42,101 nucleotides of DNA, from the NCBI RefSeq assembly GCF_001194135.2, contig NC_068985.1, forward strand, positions 30,961,396 to 31,003,496, written 5' to 3'. Below the pieces are notes generated by a model that worked only from the letters and a program-made list of their open reading frames with translations, had not been told where the DNA came from and did no database searches. This DNA is from Octopus bimaculoides (lineage: Eukaryota). The translations under genes and the position numbers were made by a program. Below are positions 1 through 11,800 of this stretch, in pieces. Within the stretch, counting starts at the first letter, position 1. The number at the start of each line of letters is the position of its first letter.

Positions 1-350
1 GAAGCACTAGTCTGATCTTAAGTACTCTGTCACTTACTCTAACGACCTCGATTACCTTATCCACCCATTTCTCCGCTAGAAGTATTCCTACGCCCCCGAC
101 CCCGTCAGTGTTCCCTGCCCAGAAAATCTTGTACCTGTGTTCTTTGCCTGTGAGGAACCTTGCAGAACCTCCTCTCCATCTTACTTCCTGGATGCAGCAC
201 ATATCTACGCATCTCCGTTCAAGCATCTCAACAATTTCACCAGATCTACCTTTCAGCGTGCCGACGTTGAGAGTGCCAATCCTAATAGTATGGGTGTTGG
301 GGGTGTGGGCCTGTAGCCTGGGAAGAGGAAAAGCAGTGTCGTGTACCTGA
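1..350 (-). mobile_element. RTE-clade LINE, 5' end with APE endonuclease N-terminus (runs off the window), antisense in a SORL1 intron
   Basis: Minus strand open frame HTIRIGTLNVGTLKGRSGEIVEMLERRCVDMCCIQEVRWRGG...GVGGVGILLAEKW...VSDRVLKIRLV, i.e. the APE motifs xNV, QE and GVG. Confidence 0.88.
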
Positions 351-546
351 TCACATTATCAACAATAAAATATGATGACCAGAAATTGAGTTTAATTAAA
401 ACTAAATCATATTACACATATATTTTCAGGTATTTTCAATACATTGTTTTTCTTTTTTCTTTTTATTTTTTTCTTCAATGAAAATATTTTTTGTTACTGC
501 ATGTTAAAGAAATATGCTTATTGAATGTCACTAACTTGATATACAG

Positions 547-712
547 GTATACATCATCTATATCAATGGCTCTAACTCAGTGTCACCACTGCCACCTACA
601 GACAAGAAATATCTTGCAACTGAGATCTGTAACTTCAGACGTGGTGCCACTTATAATATTTCCATAGGTCTTAGCCAGTCTCGTCTTTCAATACCAGTCT
701 TATGGCAAGTTG
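547..712 (+). CDS. SORL1: SORL1/SorLA-like receptor, internal coding exon (part of a fibronectin type III repeat)
   Basis: Acceptor atacag|G at 546/547, donor G|gtaagt at 712/713. Open frame VYIIYINGSNSVSPLPPTDKKYLATEICNFRRGATYNISIGLSQSRLSIPVLWQV. Ends in phase 1, matching the next exon. Upstream exons lie outside the window. Confidence 0.8.
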
Positions 713-1366
713 GTAAGTTGTATTATTTTTCTGTTCAGTTTTCTTTTCTTTATCTCATTTCTCTTGTATTCTGATTAGTTCAAATAATGCATTTTACATA
801 TACATATCACCAAACTAAAAAGTGTTTTTACTGATTGACCAGCCTTTACAAACTATGACTATGGCAATATCTTACTTCTGATTCCATTACCTATGACAAA
901 TATATGATGTCTGCATGATCACACTTTACCATCAGTATTATATATTCATATATATACAGAGAGAGGGATCCAAAGTGTACGTACGCCGCTATATTTTTTA
1001 ATATATAAAAAATACAAAAATGGGACAAGAACGCAAAACATCCAGACAGATGATACAAAGAAGACAAGTTTTCTATTCTCAGTCGAGTTCTAGATTATCT
1101 TTGCAATTTTGGCTGGTTATACTCGAGATTGCTCCAATCTGGCCAGCCCCAAGGAAAAACTAAGCTAAGAGCATTAGATTCCTTGGAAGAAAGCAGCGAA
1201 TGTATACAAAAACGGAATGTTACGCAAATACAAATATATATATATTTATATATATAAATTCAATAATAGGATGAATTCTTTTACAAGAATTTATCAAGTA
1301 GCTAGCGTGAAAAAACCTCATAAGGGAAAAAATCCATCATTTATTCCCGAAATATATATTTATATA

Positions 1367-1685
1367 AGGGCATTACTATACAATAACGCCTCACGCTATG
1401 AGGGACTCTAAGGTCAGACTACTATAAAAAGCACATTTTTACCGAATGCGAGGAAATGCAACTCTCAAAGCCAACCCCTTAAAAACGAACTAAATTATAG
1501 ATCATGATTTCGTAGTTATTGTAGTATTATACAACTTCTACTCGTCAGTATAATATGGTCAAGAAAAATAGAAATAAACAGTGAATCAACATACCAAACG
1601 AACACCGTGTATCCAGCATAGCATATAGATGACTGTTCATCGCTATTTCTCTATGGCGTGAGGCGTTATTGTATAGTAATGCCCT
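1367..1685. mobile_element. Non-autonomous TIR element (MITE-like), family unassigned
   Basis: Terminal inverted repeats AGGGCATTACTATACAATAACGCCTCACGC (1367-1396) and its exact reverse complement (1656-1685), flanked by TA on both sides in (TA)-rich DNA. Confidence 0.7.
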
Positions 1686-1982
1686 TATATAAATATAAAT
1701 ATATTTATATATATATATAAAAAGAGAGAGAGAGAAGAGACAGGATAGCATTTTGATCTAAATGTCAAAGGATTGTAGGCTAGTTCTATTTTATAAGATG
1801 ACAGAAAGATTTTTGTAAAAGTTTTGATTAACATATTGATATTTGTAGGATCGTAGACTTCCACTGAAGTTTTCTCTCAGATATGAACAAACTAGACATT
1901 GCACTCTGTATAAACATCATATGACAGAATAGCATAGCATGGCCCCAGCCCAGAGTGAAACGGGGTATATTTGGAGTATTAG

Positions 1983-2078
<96 letters not shown>

Positions 2079-2149
2079 GTGTGTGTGTATATAAGGAAGA
2101 AGGAGCAACCATAGCCCTTTCAGGCCCTCTCTTTTTTATTTTTTCCTTA

Positions 2150-2960
2150 TTTGCTAAGTCCAGACAAAAGGCACTGCTCATGACCTTTGCAGGTTCTCCA
2201 AGATTGATGATCTTGATGTTTTGTTATAGACCAGATTCCAGTGGTATGATGTCCTAGGAAGAAAGGATTGGGTATAGTGATTAGTGCAGGGCCTGGTGGT
2301 TGGACATAACATGGATGATGAGTAGAAGTGCCTGAGAGGAGGTGGCATAAGATCAGTCAACAAATGAACAAATAGAGATCATTGCAATAGTGGTAGAAAA
2401 GGCACAGAGAGAGAAGACGGCGCATTTGTGCACAAGAATCTGAAGCACACCTGTGAGTGATTTTATGTCCATCAGTTGGGTGACTTTCTCTGAACATGAT
2501 CTAAGTTACAAGGGGGTACCGAAAAGTTCCTGGCTTTGGATAAAAGAAAATACAGGAGGATCAGTTAATTATGATTTTATTCAACATATTTCCCTCTCAG
2601 ATTCACACACTTATTGCAGTGGTCCTTCAGTTTTTCTAAGCCCTGTAAAAGAACTAGGAAGGTTGAGCCTCCAACTAGGCCTTTTGTGATACCCTAAAAG
2701 CCTGGAACTTTTCAGTACCCTCTCATATTTGTGTGTGCAGCAGCAGCACCATTCAAGACATGGGAGTGACACTCCATTGTGGACCTTACCTGCACTTTGT
2801 AGAGATTCAGTAATTGCTAAGAGCTGAAACATTTAGCTCATAACGATCTTGTCTCTTTTTATGCCATAAAACGAAAATCTCAATTGCCACTAGTAACAAG
2901 AAAACACCAAGACACCACACCTCCTTAGACATATGCAGCACTCAAAGCTTTGATGGTCAC
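2150..2960 (-). mobile_element. Decayed non-LTR retrotransposon RT C-terminus (CR1/L2/Jockey-like)
   Basis: Minus-strand remnants LLNLYKVQVRSTMECHSHV and HYTQSFLPRTSYHWN resemble the LINE RT-tail motifs LYKAxVRPxxEY and SFxPRTxxxWN. Interrupted by the MITE at 2509-2725. Confidence 0.55.
2509..2725. mobile_element. Mariner-type MITE, copy 1 (217 bp)
   Basis: ~28-bp TIRs (caagggggtaccgaaaagttcctggcttt / aaagcctggaacttttcagtaccctctca), TA duplicated at 2507-2508 and 2726-2727, second copy at 23657-23872. Confidence 0.85.
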
Positions 2961-3687
2961 TGTAAATGCACTCTGTTATGTAAAATATGTGTAATACACA
3001 TTGAAAATCATCAGGAATTGTAAAGTATGAATTTTAGAGTATGCTATGATTTTAGTTGTATGCTATTTGTGTATTGAAGATAGAGAATTGCAAGTTTGAT
3101 TCTTGAATCCAGATTTCTAATGTAATACTTTGCCTGTGATATTTAATTAATTTTGAAAGTAATCAGGCATGAGGAGAGTAAAATAAGTAATTTATTATCA
3201 AACTGGTCTTTATAGCATAAGCAAAGGCTCTACTTTAAAATTATGAGGGAAGGTTTTAAATTAAATATGAATACTTTAAAAAAATTGGTTTTGTATCATA
3301 GAGTTAGGTGGATTGGTACTGAAAGTTATAATACCATCATTGAAGGATATTTTGAAACTATTGAAGATGTGCATGTCTGGCAGGTACACTTTGCCATACT
3401 GAAAGTCATCTATTCTTAGCCAAGCACATCTCACTGCTACTTCTACTACTTCTGTAATAGATTCTACTCTTTGGAACTTTTTAGATGTATTCCAACCTTG
3501 ATTGTGCTTGCTTACCTCATTCCCACCTCTAAACGCTGCAACAAGCATTATAGATAGTTGATCATTTCATGGAATACTACTTTGTAGAACTTACATCCGC
3601 TAATAAATAGCCACAATTCATTAACTTGAAATTCTTCAGACACCACATCAACTACTCATATCCCATTCACATATGTACACACACATA

Positions 3688-3746
<59 letters not shown>

Positions 3747-3959
3747 CAAGTCATGTGTAACTTAACAGGATTCACTAACTAACATTATTTCTATCACTTT
3801 TCTAAAGAATATTTGTTTTATCAAACATTATTGATTACTATGATATTGTTTGTTTCTAATGGGTCCTATTCTGTAACTTTGCCAGAATACCAGGTTTCAA
3901 TAGGTTTCCCTGTGCTAATTTTGCATTAGCAGTCTCTGATAGTTACTATTCTGTTGCAG

Positions 3960-4066
3960 AACAATACTCTGAGCCCAATGCTGTGAAGGTGGTCGATGAA
4001 GATCCGGATAAATATTATTACAAATTGATATGGAACAAAATCAACATACCATCACATTTGTTTACG
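3960..4066 (+). CDS. SORL1: SORL1-like coding exon (N-terminal part of last FN3 repeat)
   Basis: ttgcag|AA acceptor (phase 1, G+AA=E), ACG|gtgagt donor (phase 0). Encodes EQYSEPNAVKVVDEDPDKYYYKLIWNKINIPSHLFT with the FN3-type Trp. Confidence 0.85.
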
Positions 4067-4207
4067 GTGAGTCAATACACCCAAACAGTAAAACATGCAT
4101 GTACACACAAGTGTGTACATGCAAGTTTGTACAGATATACATACAAATGTACACACACTGTTCAACAACAACAAAAAAAAAACTGGAAATCCCAGAATTG
4201 AAGCTGC

Positions 4208-4291
4208 TATGTATGTACGTATGTATGTATGTACGTATGTACGTATGTATGTACGTATGTATGTATGTATGTATGTATGTATGTATGTATG
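4208..4291. repeat. (ATGT)n microsatellite (representative of many (TA)n, (CA)n, (CT)n, (ATT)n, (AGT)n tracts)
   Basis: Directly visible. Other tracts include 1983-2090, 3687-3744, 8825-8887, 25313-25357, 28628-28672 and 34545-34697. Confidence 0.95.
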
Positions 4292-4297
4292 CAATGA

Positions 4298-4573
4298 AAA
4301 CATCAAAGAATGGAGTTAGTGATATTACTTTTGATACATTGTTTGCAACCAATTCACACTTTGACCAATCTTATGTCATGTTCATTAACATGTCAGCAAT
4401 TATTGATTTATTTCTATGCACTGTGTAAATGACCATTCACACAGTGTATAGAAGTAAATCAATAACTGTAGCATGTCAATGAACATGACACAAGATTGGT
4501 CAAAGTGTGAATTAGTGAAACAATTGCAAACAATGTATTAAAAGTAATATCACTAAGTCCACTTTTTGATGTC
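4298..4573. repeat. Long near-perfect palindrome (fold-back element) in a SORL1 intron
   Basis: 4298-4431 is the reverse complement of 4434-4573 apart from scattered substitutions and one ~10-nt indel; 2-nt loop (ac). Confidence 0.9.
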
Positions 4574-5529
4574 TTTATTTTATATATATATATATATATA
4601 CATATATATATAGTCTCTCCAACCACCAAGGTTGTCTGTTCTTCTGCACATGTATGTGCAGGCCTAGTGTGTTATTTTTGCTTTGTTTTTGCTTTCTTTT
4701 TAAGAAAACTGACAGTTATCCATGCATACAAGTCTCTTTTTTTCCCACTTATGTTTATTCAAGGGAAAGGTGACCAACTTTTGCTTGATATGGCTTTTTT
4801 TGCCAGTGTCATTGCATGTGTTACTGTCAGAATACAGAGAGCCAGATTAGATATCACAAGGCATCTTTTCCAACCCTCAAGCAATTTTGCCAATCCAACT
4901 CCCTTAATTGGTACTTTTTTATTGATCCAAAACAATAAAAGACAATGTAGACCTCAGAGCACAGAGAATCACTACAAATACCACAAGGTTTTCTATCCAC
5001 TATTCTAGCAAATCTGCCAATTTTCTGCCTTATCTGTGTATCAATATACAGGTTAATAGGTTGGAAAGAAATCTTTCATAATGTATCAGCTTTCATAATT
5101 CAAATAAACTTGTTATTTGCATATCAAAAAGAAGTTTTGGTCAAGATACAATTCTCTTTTCTGATTTTATCCTGCTGAAGTCAATTTTGCATTTCTTCTG
5201 GAAATGCTACTGTAAATATTAGTCTTTTATTTATATAATAATTTCTGAACAATAGTGCTATTAGTTAGACATTTCCAGTGAGCCAGTCACTGATTCATTA
5301 CATTTCTGCCAGCTAGAGTGATAAAAGAGTATCTGTAACTTGTAGCAGAGCAAGCTTGTACTGTAATTGTAGCAAATACAAGATATGGCTTCAACTTGTG
5401 ACTCTATGATCTGTGGTTCAGTCCATTAACTCCACATCTGTTTATGTCTCATGTATAACTTTATAATTTCTGTTACATCTTCAAAATATTCAATTCATTT
5501 AATCAGTATTGTATTCATTTCTGATACAG

Positions 5530-5713
5530 GGCTATCAAGTAGTCTACAAAGTTGGAGGTGAGAAAGATTTTCAGGTGTACTGTGTTATCAACAGTACATC
5601 AGTCAGTTTGAATAAACTTGCTAAAGGATTCATGTATCAACTAAAAGTGCGGCTGAATAAAATTGACGGCTACTATGGAAAATTTAGTAGTGTAGCTTCC
5701 CTTGCCATTCCTT
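5530..5713 (+). CDS. SORL1: SORL1-like coding exon (C-terminal part of last FN3 repeat)
   Basis: atacag|GGC acceptor (phase 0), T|gtaagt donor (phase 1). GYQVVYKVGG...LNKLAKGFMYQLKVRL...YGKFS fits the FN3 Y-x-V-x-Y and L-x-x-G-x-x-Y-x-x-x-V pattern. Confidence 0.88.
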
Positions 5714-6284
5714 GTAAGTATTTTTGTGTTATGTTGTTGTGTTTGAGAAATTAGTATTACAAGTATTTGTTTATTAATCTATGCTGCTTTGCTAACCCTG
5801 CCCCCTCTTTTTTTTTTTCTTTTTTTTTTTTGCATGGGTCTATGTGATTAAGAAGTTTGCTTCTCAAACACGTTTTTAAGTTCAATCTCATTGTGTATCC
5901 TCTTAAGCAAATGTCTTCTATAATTGCACTTGGTCAACCAAAGTGAATGGATTTAATAGTCAGAAACTGAAAGAATCTTAACCATATAGCCATGCCTGCA
6001 CCTATAAAGTTTAGTTGTGCCTGCAGAGGGCTGAATTCAGTTCAAGACACATTGTTAATTAAGGCTTATTATTATGTTTGTTTCTTTGTTTTTTTTCTTA
6101 ATCTTCCACCATTTCCAACATCCTTTGAACCCCAAAACCTGCTGCTCCAAATCTCAGCATCCTTCTCTTAAGAACTCCCTTTCTGTTCAGAATGACTTAA
6201 TATATTTTACAGAAAACATAATTACATTGAAAAGGAAACTAAATTACACAACTCTTTCTTTCCTTTGTTTTTTTTTTTTTGCAG

Positions 6285-6488
6285 TGACTGTGAAGGCCTC
6301 AAGTGTCAATCTTGTTGCCATCGTTGTACCCATCAGTGTTGTGACTCTCATCTTAGTCATCTTAGGCAGTATTCTCCTTGTTCTCTTTGTGCGACATAAA
6401 CGCCTCCAACGCAGCTTCCTTGCCTATGCTAGTAGTCATTATGATCCTCGATCAGAACGAACAACCTTTAATTCTGCAGAATATCTTG
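6285..6488 (+). CDS. SORL1: SORL1-like exon: transmembrane helix and proximal cytoplasmic tail
   Basis: poly-T gcag|TG acceptor, G|gtaagt donor. Hydrophobic LVAIVVPISVVTLILVILGSILLVLFV, then basic RHKRLQRSFLAYASSHY, matching human SorLA HRRLQSSFTAFANSHY. Confidence 0.95.
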
Positions 6489-6605
6489 GTAAGTTTCGTT
6501 TTTTTCCCCCTTAAATTTTATGTTTGCTTTACTTTGTCATACATTTTTTACTTTGTCATACATTATGTTTGCTTTACTTTGTCATACAGAAAAGTGCAAA
6601 GAAAA

Positions 6606-7560
6606 TATTGGGTCATCCCTTAACTAATGCGGTTTTTTTATACTTTTTATTTTTCAAAATGAAGATAAAGTTCTTTTTTAATCTAAAATATACTCTCTTT
6701 CATTTTCTACAATGCTCTTCAATCTATCTGGTAGACTTGCAAGGTCCCTCTTCCAAAATTCACTTGTCCGTGACGAAAAATACTCCTTCAGTATTGTTCT
6801 GACCTTGTCTACAGAATTCATATTTTCTCCATCCAAGTGATTTTGAAGACTGCAAAATAAATGATAATCAGATCGAGCAATGTCCGGAAAATATGGTGGA
6901 TATGGTGGATGGGGCATTGTTTCCCATTCAAACTGCTCCAGCCTTTGGAATATCATCCTCATTGTATGTGGCTGAACACTATCCTGATGGAAGAACACCT
7001 TTCATCTTGAAACCAAAGATGGTCATCATCACCAGTCACTATTCAGGTTCATTTGTGAGACATGACAGCAAAGAAGTGCACACATTCACTCTCTGCAAGT
7101 GATTAGACTCAGAAAGTTTGTGAGGAACCTACTGACCCAATTTGCTCACTTTTTTGATGACACACAGGTGTCAACGAATGATCGAAGAACCAAATCCAAG
7201 CTTCTCTGCTAGTTCCTCAACAATTACGATTGGATTTTTTCCACCAGGGTTCGCAAGACACCTCGTCAAGCTCTACAGATCTTCCAGAATGAGGCTTGTC
7301 TTCTAAGTTGTAGTTTCCAGCTCAGAATTTCTGGAACCACCATTGTCACTGGCTTATGCTTATTGTCCAATCCCCATAGACTGCATTGATATTCCTCACA
7401 CTTTCCATTGTGTTGTTGCCTTTATTGAACTCATAAAGCAAGACGTGCCAAATATGCTCCTTTGTCACTTCCATTATAGCTTTGAAAAAATAACTTAAAA
7501 TCAAACTTCACTCTTCACAACTTGCACTAAGAATATGCACAAGGTAAAATTACTACCTCT
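6606..7560 (-). mobile_element. Internally deleted, inactive mariner transposon in the last SORL1 intron
   Basis: N-terminus from ATG at 7474: MEVTKEHIWHVLLYEFNKG...WFQKF*AGNYNLEDKPHSGR (HTH). C-terminus in ORF 6678-6998: HQDSVQPH...HPPYPPYFPDIARSDYHLFCSLQNHL (HDNARPH and YSPDLAPxDY mariner motifs). TA-flanked end at ~6606; other end not located. Confidence 0.88.
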
Positions 7561-8003
7561 CAAATACTGGGATCGATACAATCAGCTATACATCTCTCAA
7601 AATGTATGTGACCTTGTGTCTGTGGTAGAGATCAATACACACATATTATTTTCACATCCATACTAGCATGTGTTGAACACGTTTTTTCCAGCACATCCCT
7701 CTTGTGTTCTTTTATCATTTTTCTGTGTTCAGCTTCCTGAGATCAGCTTTTGCCTCTTCTTCCTATGTCTTCCTATATAGCTGGTTTCTTCCACTTGAAT
7801 CTCTAGGCACCTTCCATATCATCCTCCATATGCATCAGATGTCTGTACCAGCTCAGTCTTCTCTTTTGAATTCCATTGTTCATGCACTGCTGACATCCTG
7901 TGGAACATGTTCACCTCATTTCTTCCCAACTTTTACACATCCTTCTCATTTAATCCCTGTATTTCATTACCATATAATATTACTGTTTTTTCTTTCTTTT
8001 CAG

Positions 8004-8068
8004 GAGAAGATGAAGATTCTCCAATGATAACTGGATTTTCTGATGATGAACCGTTAGTGATAGCATAG
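8004..8068 (+). CDS. SORL1: SORL1-like terminal coding exon with stop codon
   Basis: tctttcttttcag|GA acceptor (phase 1). Encodes [24 protein letters not shown], nearly identical to the human SorLA C-terminus [22 protein letters not shown]. Confidence 0.96.
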
Positions 8069-8612
8069 AATGGCTATAGAATGGAGCAGAATAGCCATGG
8101 TAACAATCTGCTGCCACTGGCAGACTTACTTAGAATGTCTGCAGAACACATTTACTGAGCAACAATAACAGTATATTAGAATTGGCTATCCACATACACA
8201 CACACATATATATATATATATGCAATTACAAGCAGGCATACATACATCCATCAGTTATAAACAAACACACACTTACACATGTATTCACACAGATATACAT
8301 TTTACACTCACTGGAGTTGGCCATAATTCTGAGTGTATTTCCTATGTGATATTGTTGTCCACTTGACTTGGGCTTGCTCCCTTCCTGCAGCTAAAAAAGA
8401 CTCCCTCTTGGTCAATATGTTTACTGGCTTTTAAATAGATCAGTTCCACTTTTCCCTTACACACAAGCACACACACTCACCATACATCTATACATGCCAT
8501 CCTACAAACATCAGAATTCTTAATTAACAGCTATTTAACATGCTGCTAAACTTCACTGAGATCATTCGACTGTTGTTATACATTCCTATTACACATTCCT
8601 TTTTATTTTTGG

Positions 8613-8821
8613 ATTGGCAGAGATGTTAGAGCATCATTAAGAAATGCCTTGTGGTGTTTCTTCCAGCTCTACATTCTGAGTTCACATCCCATTAAGGCCA
8701 ACTTTGCTTTTCACCTCTCTGGAGTTGATAAAATAAAGTACCAGTCAAGCACTGGGATTGATGGAATCGACAACCCCATCCCTCAAAATTGGTGGCCTTG
8801 TGCCTAAATCAGAAATCATCA

Positions 8822-8887
<66 letters not shown>
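8613..8887 (+). mobile_element. tRNA-type SINE with (ATT)n tail, downstream of the SORL1 stop
   Basis: A-box-like TGGCAGAGATGTTAG, B-box-like GAGTTCACATCC, long (ATT)n tail, related copy at 14781-15000. Confidence 0.75.
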
Positions 8888-8888
<1 letters not shown>

Positions 8889-11800
8889 ATGGGGGAACAA
8901 ACTGAATAGAAACTGGAGAAAAATGAAAGAATAAAAAATAACAATGTAAAATTACCTTCCATTTATATATTTTGTGACAAATTTTAACATGTTCTTGAAA
9001 TTTTTTTTTTTGGCTCCTATGCATGGAGATGAAATCTTCACTCAAAAATTATAAATATTCTAAAAAAAACAAACTTTTCATATATTTAGCTTTAACTCTA
9101 CATAAAGATATTTCATTTTGTTTCCCTTCAGTAAAATCTCCACAGCCCCCATTCCTAAAAAAACAATGTGGTTTTTTTTTTTTACAATTTAGCATATATT
9201 ACTTTTTAATATTTTAATCTTTATTTTCATTTATACTGTATAGTAGTTCATGTTTATTTTAACTGCTTATGTTTGACACCGTATTCACTTCGTAGTTTGT
9301 CAAAATATTGATTAACATATCGAAAAGAGAGAGGAATGAAATGAGAACCTTTAAACCACACATGTATATACATACCACTCTCTCTTTCTCTCTCATAGAT
9401 AAATACATATCAATACATACTTAATATGTATATATATACACACACACAAAATAAACAAAACAACATACATACAAACACATTTATAGCTAAATAATTATTA
9501 ACACATAAACTACATACACAAAAAATAAATTTACTTTCCCTTTGAAAATTCTCTAAAGTAAGTATATTCCATACAAGATCTTTATTTTATGGAAGTAATA
9601 TATTTCTTTTGTGAATATACTGATTTGTTTCATCCATCTACCCATTCCTACCAAAATTTATCTAATATCCTACGATACTTGGGAGTGTTGTATCATTCCC
9701 AGTGTTCTGTTCTTGATGAAAATTCTTCAAATGCCAAACATAAACTGTTACGAATCAGACATTATTTCTCGGTGAGCTGAGTTTGCCATCCAGTTTTAAT
9801 TCCCGGTTGTAGCTATTTCATTTTGTTGTAAGTTGTTAATGCCTTTGGGAAAAAGCATCAGCTTCTCAGAACCTTGTTTCCCCTGTTTTACAAATAATTA
9901 TGTGATTAGTATGTATGTAAGAAATCAACAGTTGTTTCTATTTACATATGTTAGTGTCTGATGACTTAGCTTGGTCCAAATGTATTAATTCCTATTCCTG
10001 TTTTCACTACTCCTCATTTTTCAGAAGCTAGTTTAACAGGAGATAGACACAATCCTACTATTAGTTTTTCTCACCGTTCTTTTATCTTGCCAGGGTTTTT
10101 AAATTTCAAGTCTTAAATGCATTTTACTTTTAAAAGAAATACTAAAATAAAACATTGCTACTTCATAGTAAGAATTTGTTCAAGACTCTGTGTGTACATG
10201 TGTATATGTGAGTATATGTGTACATACTATCAATAGATTTCCCTTTATCGCAAGCATTTTCAAATGAGAATGAATCTCTTTCAGCTAAACAAATTATAAC
10301 ACACACACTTTTTGAAAGTGAATCTCATCTATTAAATATATTTACAATGAATGAACAAGTAGAATTGCTTATTGTATAACTAACATTTCTTTAAAAGTAT
10401 TTTATGAAGTGATTAGATTTTTTTTTCTTAAATTAACAAGTTGGTGACAGTCTTTTTTATAATGCTTCAGGTTATAGAACAAAGACATTTAATTTATACC
10501 AAGCTGGAAAAATTACACACACAAATGTTCTTTATACCTACACTCTCTAGAATACAATACAATATTGATGTGCTCTCAACCAGAGAAGTCTGTGACAGAT
10601 TTTTCATTGTTGTGTGTCCTTCCAATAGATATAAACATCAATATGTCTTATAATTCCATTCCTATAAGTCTTAGGCTTTGTATCTTTATGAATTTTTTTT
10701 GCTCTCCTGAGCAAACTAACAAGCCTCATCTTTGCTGTTTATAAAATAGTTTCATCATTCCCTAAGTTAGCCACTTCATCATAAAATCCCACCCAATCGA
10801 TGTCACTGTGGTAAAATATAATTTTAATTAATTGCTTTTTGCATTATTTTTGTGTTGTATTATAATATTTTCAATTTTGCACTTCTGTCATTTTCTCCAG
10901 GATCAAGGCTTGCAAGACATTCTCTTCCAAACCTAGCTTCTGAGATATATAACAAATGTAAAATTATTGATTTTTTTTTGTTTAGGACATTTATAAAGAA
11001 AGAAAAAAACTTGTTAATCATGCATTTATAGTAAATACATTTATAATAAACTCTCATTATACACTTGGAAGAAAAGGGTAAAATAGAATCAAATATACAT
11101 TGGCATCTATATCTACAAAAATTACACACATAGATACATACATATGTCATATATTAACTCACATGTATTCAATTGCTTTCAGATATATCTAGTATTACAC
11201 ATACCACCATACATTTAAGTGCTTTTTTATTTAGATTTATTTTCTTTGTGTATGTCTGTATCTATTTTAATTGAGAATATTTGTGTGTAGTATTTGTCAG
11301 GCTTCATTTATTATTCCTACCATTGCTAATAATAATATTTTGTCTTCTCCGTTAAATTTGTGTATTTCATTTTTTACTGAAGAACAAGGGTCATGATGAA
11401 TCTTAAGTGTCTCCAACTATCTGATCATCACTATCATCCTCATCATCATCTTTTCAAGATTTATTTTGGAGCTTGTATATTTGACTATCTTTTCTTTACA
11501 TTCCTGACAGTTGAAACAGATATTTCCTATTCACAAAATATTTCCTTGAACAATAGATTTGTAAGCATTTATTGAAAAAGTGCCCGTACCTTTTTTTTTT
11601 CAAAATATTCTGAATTTTGGTTCTAAATAATTAACCTTCCCAATAAGGAAGCAGATAGACTTATGCTGGTAGATATTCGAAAAATTTCCCAGTCTCTTTT
11701 CTCTCTGTCTTTCTTATATAAGGATTTCTTATGTAGCCTCATGACCAGGGGTGGTAAGGCAAAGTCCATCACGTTCTCTGACTGTTGAGATTGATGTTGC

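Noticed and set aside
3302-3383. Possible extra SORL1 exon (catag|...cag|gtacac)
   Set aside because: Its 82-nt length breaks phase between exons 547-712 and 3960-4066, which already join in frame.
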